From positions 38,378,001 to 38,442,000 of the forward strand of contig OX597823.1 of the NCBI GenBank assembly GCA_951406725.2: 64,000 nt of DNA, read 5' to 3'. Numbering within the stretch: the first letter of the stretch is position 1; each line of letters begins with the position of its first letter. A program made the position numbers and the translations under genes. Positions 54,652 through 64,000 of the stretch are shown here, in pieces. The notes beneath the pieces are model-generated. The model had not been told where the DNA came from. It saw only the letters and a list, made by a program, of their open reading frames with translations, and ran no database searches. Origin of the DNA: Octopus vulgaris (Eukaryota).

Positions 54652-55289
54652 AGACAGACAGAGTGTGTGTGGTCAGTGTGCAGTGGCTAGGCCAGTTTTA
54701 ATTGCTGGAAGCAAGTCAGGTGATTGAACATGTAGCAGGCCAGGAATATTGTTGTTACTAGCTAAAGTACTTTGGTGTAAAGCTAAACCCTCAGTCCAAA
54801 TGTAAAGCCATCAAGAGCCAGCTGCTCTGCACCACTTATTCCATAACACTTGTCAAATTGATAGACCATGTCAGGTGTATGGAAGCTTTGCAGGAGTGAT
54901 TTTCTCCTATGATAACAATTAGATAATATCTCTGATTTCCAGCTAAGTGTTAATTAATATTGCTGTTTCAAGATCTGCAGTTTTTCAGTAAGGTTTAGTC
55001 TATAGTTTTGGGATCTGTAGCTTCGCCAATGATGTTCTATGACATGGAGATATGCTTTTTAATCTGTGGCCCCTGAGTTTCCAAACAAATTTAGACAAGA
55101 AAATAGTGTTTATCTTGTTGCTAACTTGAATGGGTTTAGAGGTTGGTAATATTGGCTTTTGACTGCATTCACAATGGGTCCTGTATGATTTCTTTCAGTG
55201 CCATTCTGGAGTGTTATAGATACTCTCTCTCTCTTTCTGTTTCTCTATCATTCACACACACACTCAAAGCATTGGCATTTGGTATCCTA

Positions 55290-55560
55290 AAACCAAAGTG
55301 CCATGTAAAAAGCATTGGTATTTGTGCCATGTAAAAAAGGGCTGATGATAGTGCCATGTAAAAGAACAGGTGATGGTACCATGTAAAAAGCATCCAGTAC
55401 ACTCAATAAAGTGGTTGGTACTAGGAAGGGCATCTAACTGTAGAAACCAAGCCAAAACAGGCTATAGAACCTGGTGTGACCCCTGGCTTTGCCAGCACCT
55501 GTCAAGCTATCCAACCCATGTCAGCATGGAAAACAGATGTTAAATGATAATGATAATGAT
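55290..55560 (+). mobile_element. RTE 3' tail with gtgccatgtaaaaag repeats
   Basis: Same tail as 1393-1700. Confidence 0.75.
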
Positions 55561-56139
55561 ACATCACCACTTTAGTGAAGTTAGATCCTCTAACTGGTCA
55601 GCTTGATGTCTGCAACTACAAGCTAGCTGTTGAGGCTCGAATCTGCCTAGGTGTGTGTTACAGGTTGTATTGTGTATAGCTGGGGTATATTGTCTTATAT
55701 GTGATAGTAAGTTTTATACATGAAAAAGTATCTTAAAGTAGAAGCTATTTTTAAAATATTCATCAGCTGAACACTTTAAAAATGAACAAGAGTAAATATA
55801 TACTATATTGAAATAGTTTTAAGAATATCCAGTTTTAATTTACTATACAAAGTATGCAAAATGCTACATTGGTGCTATTGAAAATATATTTTTTTACAGT
55901 TTACCATTCCAGTATTATATTATATTAGAGCTATTTACAGTTTGTGTTATTTTATTTCATTTACTAAATTTATTTAGGATAAAATAAAAAGAATCTCAAT
56001 AAATTATATTATGCTAACTTAAAATTATATTGCAATAATTTCCTTTGTAACAAATAAAGGTATGTTAATGGTATTATTTAATTTATGGCTTAAAATAACA
56101 AAGGATAAAGAAAGTTTTAAATAGTGTATGAAGTATATT

Positions 56140-56400
56140 GTTGCTCTCACCAATCATCAATAATGTAGTTCTTGATTGTTTGGCCTACAAAAGACAGTAG
56201 CGCTATGCTGATTGGTGAGCTGTGCAGTCACCAAAAGCATTGCTTACTGGCTATGCCATCTTTAGCTTAGGGATTTATAGCCAGATAAAATAATGTTGAT
56301 TGCTGAACTGTCAGTCAAGTAGGTTGAAAGCTTTATTTAGGAACTAATTCTGCTTGTATTCCAAACATTTTTATTTGTAGCCATATGTGGCACTGTAAGC
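56140..56400 (+). promoter_or_regulatory. Possible alternative promoter with two CCAAT boxes
   Basis: ccaat at 56150 and ctgattgg at 56208-56215 in a non-repetitive, GC-elevated patch upstream of a candidate first exon. Confidence 0.3.
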
Positions 56401-56598
56401 TGTGATGCAGGACATGGCAGTGCAACTTGTATTCATCAGATCACTGCCAATTAACTACATCATTGGTTGCTTTCAACATCTATATTTTCTAATTATGCTG
56501 AATGGAAACAAACTGAAATGTGTACCTGGATTAATATTTTCCCATACATACCTGTATGTATTTTTTCTTCCTTATATCTGTCAGATATTGTTTGGTAA

Positions 56599-56652
56599 AT
56601 GGCCATAGTTTGCCTCAATTCTTTAGGAATTAGATGCAACATAGCTCGACAG
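56599..56652 (+). CDS. Candidate alternative first coding exon (MAIVCLNSLGIRCNIARQ)
   Basis: aaATGG start, open frame to cag|gtaggt, phase 0. Confidence 0.35.
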
Positions 56653-56934
56653 GTAGGTTATTTTCATTACAAATTAAAAACATTACAAATGAAAAATATC
56701 TCTCATTATACTAAACTTCTTTCTAATTATATTTTCTCAATCATTAATAAGATCTGCTCTTTTCATTTGTCAATTAAAAATAAAATTCGAAATACTTATG
56801 TAAAATTTGTTATTTTTGTGACAATATTTCAATATTCACTCATCATATGAAAGCCATCTGTTTTTGTATTTTTTAATCAGCCAGACAGGTTAGAATATAC
56901 ATACATGCATAAATATGTATATATATATATATAT

Positions 56935-57290
56935 GATTGTCCAAGGGCATTTTTACAGCTATATCTGATAACGGTTATTTTCAATACTTTTCTCGCTGGA
57001 TTATGTGTTTGTTTCTCTTTTGGTCATCAGCAATTTTATTTTTGATCTTTTATATAAATGAAGATATTTCCTCCGTCTGGCTGTTTTTCTCTCTACAAAA
57101 CGGAAAGTTACATTATAGAACAGTTATTTTTACGAGTTGTATTTATTTATTTTTTCATCACCCGATGAGATACATCTGAACCAGTTATTGAGTGTCCCAC
57201 ACAAAAGGAATTGATGCTAGATGTGTTGAAACAATTGTCGTGATTAATAATAAATTCTCATATATTCCATCTTCTGTCTTTCATTTGTTA
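56935..57290 (+). mobile_element. ~355-bp non-coding hammerhead-bearing element in a TA-rich tract
   Basis: Bounded by (TA)n-type repeats and contains a hammerhead motif. Confidence 0.7.
57157..57244 (+). ncRNA. Type I hammerhead ribozyme with extended stem II
   Basis: atcac-CCGATGA-gatacatct-[41 nt]-agatgtgtt-GAAAC-aatt-GTC-gtgat. Stem III is the palindrome ACAATTGT, the site is GUC, and the core has U4C. Confidence 0.8.
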
Positions 57291-57292
57291 TG

Positions 57293-57323
<31 letters not shown>

Positions 57324-57556
57324 GTATTTATATGTATGTATTTATATTTATATTTATATGTATGTATTTATATTTATATGTATGTATTTATGTGTATATG
57401 TAGGTATATATATGTATTTATATGTATATGCATGTATATTTATATGTATATGCATGTATATATGTATATATATGTATATATATATATATATGTATGTATG
57501 TATGTATGTATATATGTATATGTATGTATGTATATATGTATATATGTATATGTAAA

Positions 57557-57696
57557 GGTCTTAGTTGCCAATTTTGTACAAGACATTGTAGATCTTTAGC
57601 TGGGCTAAAAAGTCACATTCGATCACAGCACCAGTGACAGTTAAGCTTCGTGCAATGGCCATACTCGATAACGAGGGGGCAGCCATAAAAAAAAAA
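57557..57696 (+). mobile_element. Extreme 3' end of an RTE-type LINE encoding a terminal C2H2 finger, with an A-rich tail
   Basis: [26 protein letters not shown], then a 3' UTR hairpin ctcg-ataa-cgag and an A run. Confidence 0.7.
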
Positions 57697-57720
57697 TATA
57701 TATATGTATGTATATATATA

Positions 57721-57755
<35 letters not shown>

Positions 57756-58079
57756 GACTGGCCAGACTGGAGCAATCTCAAGAATAATATATATGTATAT
57801 ATATGTATGTATATATATATATATATGCATATATATGTATGTATATATATATGCATATATGTATATATATATATGTATATATATGTATGTATGTATACAT
57901 ATCTATATATATATATATGTTTATATATATATATGTGTATATGTATGTATATATATGTATGTATGTATATATATATATATATTTGTATATGTATGTATAT
58001 ATATATATATTTGTATATGTATGTATATATATATTTGTATGTATATATATGTATATGTATATGTATATATATGTACATA

Positions 58080-58139
<60 letters not shown>

Positions 58140-58141
<2 letters not shown>

Positions 58142-58560
58142 TATTGTTCTGGCTGTTGCCCATGCAACATCGATATTCTTCCCTGAGTTTGTGAAATTTT
58201 TGTAAGGCTTCACTTCCATGCGCGCCAGCTTAATTCAATTCATACTTGGTTGAAAGACACCTGTTGTTATGTCCTGTTAGTATTTTTATTGTATTTATAT
58301 TTGTGTGATATTGTCTGTTTTTTTCTGTCCTTGTTTTTGTATATATTCGCTGCTTTCTTCCAAGGAATCTAATGCTCTTGGCTTAGTTTTTCCTTGGGGC
58401 TGGCAAGACTGGAGCAATCTCAAGAATAATCAGCTGAAATTGCGAGGATAATCTGGTGCTTGACTGAGGAGTGACCCGTCCTTGTTTTCTTTGTATCGTC
58501 TATCTGGATGTTTTGTTGTCATTTTTTGTATCACCTAGCTGTCCGGATGTTTTGCGTTAT
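58140..58560 (+). mobile_element. Single-arm copy of the 29778-30345 family (a short fragment also lies at 57753-57788)
   Basis: ccaaggaatctaatgctcttggcttagtttttccttggggctgg...gcaatctc...ctgaaattgc...ctgagga is shared. Confidence 0.85.
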
Positions 58561-58736
58561 ATACATATATATTTATACGTATATATATTTATATATATAT
58601 ATTTACATATATATGTATATATATGTATATATATGTATATGTATATATATGTATGTGTATATGTAATATGTGCATGTATGTCTATATGTATATATGTGTA
58701 TATATGTATATATATGAATGCATATATATATGTATG

Positions 58737-58770
<34 letters not shown>

Positions 58771-60019
58771 GCTCCAAAGCATATGAACAAAGTAATTATT
58801 ACATCAAACCTATAAAGTGCTTTTATTGTAGATGAAACTCTAGTCCACTGCATTATAAAAATTTATTATACAGAAAATGTTATATATACATTTAATGACT
58901 AATTTCTATTCCCTCTCAATTGATGTATTGAACTGAATTACTGTTAAAAAAAAAACTTTGATGGGGATACATTACATTTTATATTTGATCTGTTAAATTT
59001 ATGATATTGACTGTTATAAAATGACATTTTACACCTAATAACCTAACAAGTTTTCTTTTTAAAAATAAAGCTAATAATAGTTATTGTTAGCTGCTATGTA
59101 AAAGTAATGAAAGTGTTTTTAAATGTAGCATGGCAAAATAAAATTGTTAATAAAAATATCATGAATTTTATTTCTCCTAAATGTTTATGAATCTTTGAGA
59201 TCCGAAAGTAAATGTCTAAATTTCCATTTTTATCACCATCAACATTTTATACTGGCATTCATTTACTTCTTGGAACTTATATTGTCTTAAGTTCATTTCT
59301 ATTACAGAAATCTTTATAGATTTTATGAAGTTATTTTACATCAAGCATTTTTTTTTTATTTTACTATACCATTTGTACAGTGTTTTCTTACCTAGTTTCT
59401 ATTATTAGCAAATGTCTTATCATATCCATTTCTATACATTTGAATTAAATTTGAAACACTAATTAAAAATGATTTCATCTTAAAATTAGTGAAAAATCTT
59501 TTTTCCAATTTTTGTGGGGTGGAGTGCATGGAGTAGGAGTGGATTCGTCAAAGTATAATCAATCCCTATGTTGTTCTTGGGATGTTGTTCTTGTTACTGT
59601 ATTTTAATTGCATATTTTTTGGGCTATATAATCTCCTTTTATTTTATCTTTCAATACTTCTTTGAGGGTCTGCAAAGACTGGGAGCAGAACCACTTCTTC
59701 CAGGCTAACTCTTTAAAAATAAATAAATAAAAACCAGAAATGACTGTTCACTGTCTTGCTGCCTCTGAAGTTATAATTCTCATCTAAAGATCTTAGAAAT
59801 TACATTATTAATTTCCCCTGTATCTATAATTCAGGGATCCCTTTGATAAAATCTTGTCACAGAAGCTATTGTTGCTATAATACAATATTGTTGTTTGTAA
59901 ATCAACTTATTTCATATGTTTAATTCTCCTATATTGTAGATATAAACAAAAAATGTATACACTCTGTGAATGTCTGTTATGTTATTTGTATTGCATAAAA
60001 TTTATATTCTATCTCTCAC

Positions 60020-60130
60020 AGGTAACAAATTAGCAGAGTTGTTAGAGCAGGGTTGTTAGAACTTTGTGGAATTTGTTCTAACTCACTGTGGTCTGAGTTC
60101 AAATCCCACCAAGGTCAACGTTGCCTCTTA
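60020..60130 (+). mobile_element. SINE 5' fragment (18706 family)
   Basis: tctgagttcaaatcccaccaaggtcaacgttgcct. Confidence 0.5.
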
Positions 60131-61094
60131 TTAATAAAAAAAAAATGAAACCAGGATGAGATAGACTGGTGGATCTGTGAAAATGCTTGACCAGATGACT
60201 TGTGGTTTTTGTTCCACGAGACATGTATGTGTTCTTGCAGTATTGGACTATGTGGATAGTAGGTTTACTCCATTAGTCAGTTTAACACACCACTACCTGC
60301 TACCCTTCATACCTTTAGTAGACATCTGTTTCTTTCAAGCATTTGAGTCAAGTCTCTTCCCAGCAGTCTTGGAGGCTCTGTTATAGGTCAAGGGTTCCAC
60401 CATCCTCCCTCACTATAAAATACCAACCATTATTTAGTGCTTTAACCATTTTTGTGTATTTATTTTCTTCTAATTGATTTTTCAAGAATCTTAATTTTTG
60501 TTTTTTTTTAATTTCATATTAAAATTTGCTATAACTTTAGATTTTAGGGCCAAGAAAAGAAACTTTGAAACAGCATACAGTCCTTACATAAGTTGAAAAT
60601 TTCTTACAAAATATTTTAATTTCTCTTTTGATGAGAAATTTAATATTCTTTGGGAGTTAGTTTCCTTTTCATAGATGAAATAACTATTGCTTGAAAATGA
60701 AAATGTAAGAGTTATTTTTAATTAATTCTTATATTTTAACAGTTTAAATATATTTCTCAGATGAACTGTTATTAAAATAACAAGTCAATAAAGTCAGGAG
60801 TGATAATATATATTTAGAATGAAGACATGGGTTCTGTGGTAGTGCAATGACTTAGGAAAAATCAAAGTGTTTGTTTGAAAAATCTGCTTAGAAGGATAGT
60901 ATAACTGTTAAATAATTTATAAAGCATATAAAATTGACATGATCTTGTTTCTTGTGGCCAGAAGTAGAGGTGAAATACAACTCATTGCATTATTATTTTA
61001 ATACTAACACAAAAGATTAAATTAATCATCTGATCATTTGTTACTGATCTAAAAGTAATGTAAATTATTTAAGCTGTTATGTTGTGCATGTGTG

Positions 61095-61129
<35 letters not shown>

Positions 61130-61269
61130 AACACAGTGAACTACTTGTATTTTATTTTTATTGACTTATCAAATCACTTGACATGATCACTCTGTAGTAG
61201 AAGATGATGGCTTAGCTTGTTGGTTCAAACAATCTTTCATTGTTTTATGAGTGAAATAATGACTTAGGT

Positions 61270-64000
61270 TTTCATCATCATCATTGTTATTCAGTTGAGC
61301 TTATTCAAATTTGCCCAACTCAATCATGCCACTTAATATCATGTTCCTGTAGAACATTGGGGAGATCAGCATAGCAAGAGCTCGTGTCCAAACAGAACTG
61401 GTCAATGAATGGTTTTGTTGGATACCCAACCAATGCTTATATGTCTACAAGAATAATAAATTCCTACTGAGTTCTTCAGCAATGTCATGCAAAATGTCTT
61501 TACTTTCTACAATGATATTAGTGATTTCAAGAAGACTGTCATATACAGTCTTTGCTTGGTCAGATGATTTTTCCTGGAAATATTCAGAATAATCAATACC
61601 ATGCAAATCCAGGTAAGACAAATCATGAAGCAATTTTTTGCATCCTTTTCTGTGGATGTGATATTACTGCCTAAGATAACTGTCTACCAGATTTAACTTA
61701 TGTGAACCCAACCTGTAATGCAGGAACACATGTCAGGTTGAGGCCAAACATTTGGTGTCTCACATAAGAAAAGGTACATTGCTGGTTGTTAATTAGCTGC
61801 TTTGTACACTCATGTTTATCATTGAGACATTCAGTTTGTGGTGAATCAATGTATTAGTCTCCATTATAGATGATTCAATTTTATTTGTGGTTCTCATTCA
61901 TAAGCATTGATGCTACAAAGTTTCAAATTTCCTTCAACTGTTTCCTTTGCCTTTTTCATCTGTACTTTCTTTCGTGTAGATGTGAGTAAAACAGCTATTT
62001 GAGCAACTGATAGTTCAGTATAACTTGACCAGCTCATCAAAGTTGATGTTGTGTAATCATGATTATATTGTTTGAGATATTGTGTGTTATGCCATTGAAT
62101 CTGGTATGATTTTTCTTGGCTACCTCTGGTGTTATATTTCCAGCTTGCAGATGTATTGCTTATAATTTGTTTCAGAGCTAATTAAGACATTGGGTACAAT
62201 TGCCTTAGACACCCTAAGTGTGCTTGTTTGTTTCAGATCAATGATTTTCATATACTCCTCTTCTCAGACAACCAAAGAATGCACAGGCACATTTTATCCA
62301 GTGGCATGAGTAAAACTGTTAGCAGAGGTTCATAATTTACAGAATTAACTGACTTAGTGAAAGAAAGCACTTCTCAAATGATCATGCTAATATGAAGGTT
62401 GATAGTGGAATGATTCAGCTGAGCAGTATCCTTGTTAGAATTTTTCCAGCAGTTGGAAAAAGTGAAACTCTTCTGTAGTTATAATCTCATTTGTCTTTGT
62501 CTTCCTCCTTGAAGATGGTAATAATCGTCATATCTCTGAAATCAAAAGGTATCTCTTCTTGCATTTAGATTAGCAGAAACAGTGCATGTTTTTTTTTTTT
62601 AGTGTTTCATACTCAAGTTTATATATTTCACCCAGAACCCTGTCAGACATGGGCTTCCTGTTTTTTTAATCTCTTTTTATTTCTATGGAATATGGATGGT
62701 GTTGATTTTTTGCTGTGATGTTATGGGTGCAGAAAAGCTGTTTATCATCAGTCTTTATAGCAGACCAGAGACATTTTCCTGACTGAACAGTCACAATTAA
62801 CCAAGTTGAAAATTATTTCCGTCAATTGCTGAGAGATGCTTTTACCTTTATAAGTTTTTTAAGTCTTTAAATGTGTGGATTGTCGGCCCTACTGATATGC
62901 AAGTATCATAGAGTGTTTTAATAATACTGAAGAAATCTCCCAGAAACTTTCTGGATTTTGAGATCTCTGACCTGCCACGAGTTGAGCTTCATTGCATAAG
63001 TTTGTTTCTGGACTGAAATCTTAGCTGGTAGGTTTTCCTTTTGCAGTATTCTTATAATTTTGGTAGGTATAAAAATCACTCTCTTTTTCTCCTTGATCAG
63101 TTATTTGATTTGGATATTATTTTCATGAAAACATTTTTTCTATTTTTGCTGTGAAGTCTATGGAGATACTTATCTTCAGGGTGCCTCATGTACTTTCAAC
63201 ATTATTACAATGTTCCAAGCTGATAGACAACAGTTTATCATGTAGGTGCTTCTGAAATTGCACTACTTTTGCTGTGTGAGAAAGATTTAAGTCTTGATTT
63301 TCTGATGGCATAATTTCTGCTACTTATGTCACTCTGGAGTGAGTTAAATTGCCATGTTAGATTGTATTAGGTGGTGATCTGTCCAGAATTGTCAATGCCT
63401 GTCATGACAAATGTTAGATGCACATCCTTGTAATCATAGGTCCATGCAATGACATAGTTAATCATATGCTAAGTACTTTGATCTTGGATACTGTTAGAAA
63501 CACTTGTGTATATTTGTTGAAAAAAGTGTGTAATAACTAAGTTGTACTCCTCACATCTACTTAGAAGCAGTATATTTGATAGCTTTCCTGTGGCTTCCTT
63601 TCCACTTATGTCATTCTAGAGGTTTAAATCTTTGTTGCTGAAGTCATTCACTATGATAATTTAGATTGTATCATGATATTCTGTACAGAATACTCTGTGT
63701 TACTATAAAATTCTTCTTTATCTTCTGTGTTTGCATCAAGTGTGAAGCACATTTCTACTGGTGACTGTTGCATTTGTGTTAGAGCCACCAAGCTTTAGGC
63801 AGAGAATCAGCAGTCTTTCACTGATGCCAATAGGTTGTTCATATAACCTTCCAGTCAGATCATTGTGGATTGCACAGTCTGTTCCACATGAAGTGAACAG
63901 CTATTTGAAGAGAGAACTTAAGAAGGAACAAACAGCTGTCAACCAAGAACTGATGCCATGGCCATTTCAAAGACTTGGTTAATTATAATTAAGCAACCAA
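61270..64000 (-). mobile_element. Heavily decayed RTE (BovB-like) LINE running off the window end
   Basis: APE-like AIHNDLTGRLYEQPIGISERLLILCLKL...TLDANTEDKEEFY near 63710-63880, post-RT SKAIVPNVLISSET...HQR near 62110-62210, and a (GAT)n tail at 61273-61284. Confidence 0.65.

Larger units (their letters stand above)
57290..58770. repeat. Degenerate (TA)/(TATG)n low-complexity region with embedded element fragments
   Basis: Seen directly in the sequence. Confidence 0.9.

Noticed and set aside
61445-61633. 62-aa acidic ORF as a host exon
   Set aside because: It lies within the decayed RTE remnant and has no splice signals or recognisable domain.

Overview
AT-rich animal genomic DNA, most likely an octopus/coleoid cephalopod (inferred from the SINE and RTE repeat repertoire and the very long microsatellites). 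The window is mostly intronic sequence of an unidentified + strand gene, with one good 66-nt internal exon and three candidate phase-0 alternative first exons. It also holds many decayed RTE LINEs, tRNA-derived SINEs and Tc1/mariner fossils. The centre (about 29.8-44.7 kb) is a nested cluster of elements sitting in (TA)n/(CA)n tracts. The cluster includes an apparently intact CR1-group LINE whose ORF1 combines Myb/SANT-like and CCCH domains, a 4.7-kb ORF-less element with inverted arms that each carry a minimal hammerhead ribozyme, a palindromic element and a second LINE 3' end. The most notable signal is that three unrelated non-coding elements in (TA)n carry type I hammerhead ribozymes (Penelope-like/retrozyme style). 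A fourth family carries all hammerhead core motifs in a non-canonical, pseudoknotted order. Two LINE families and a SINE also share a covarying 3' hairpin. All calls were made by eye, and repeat boundaries are approximate.
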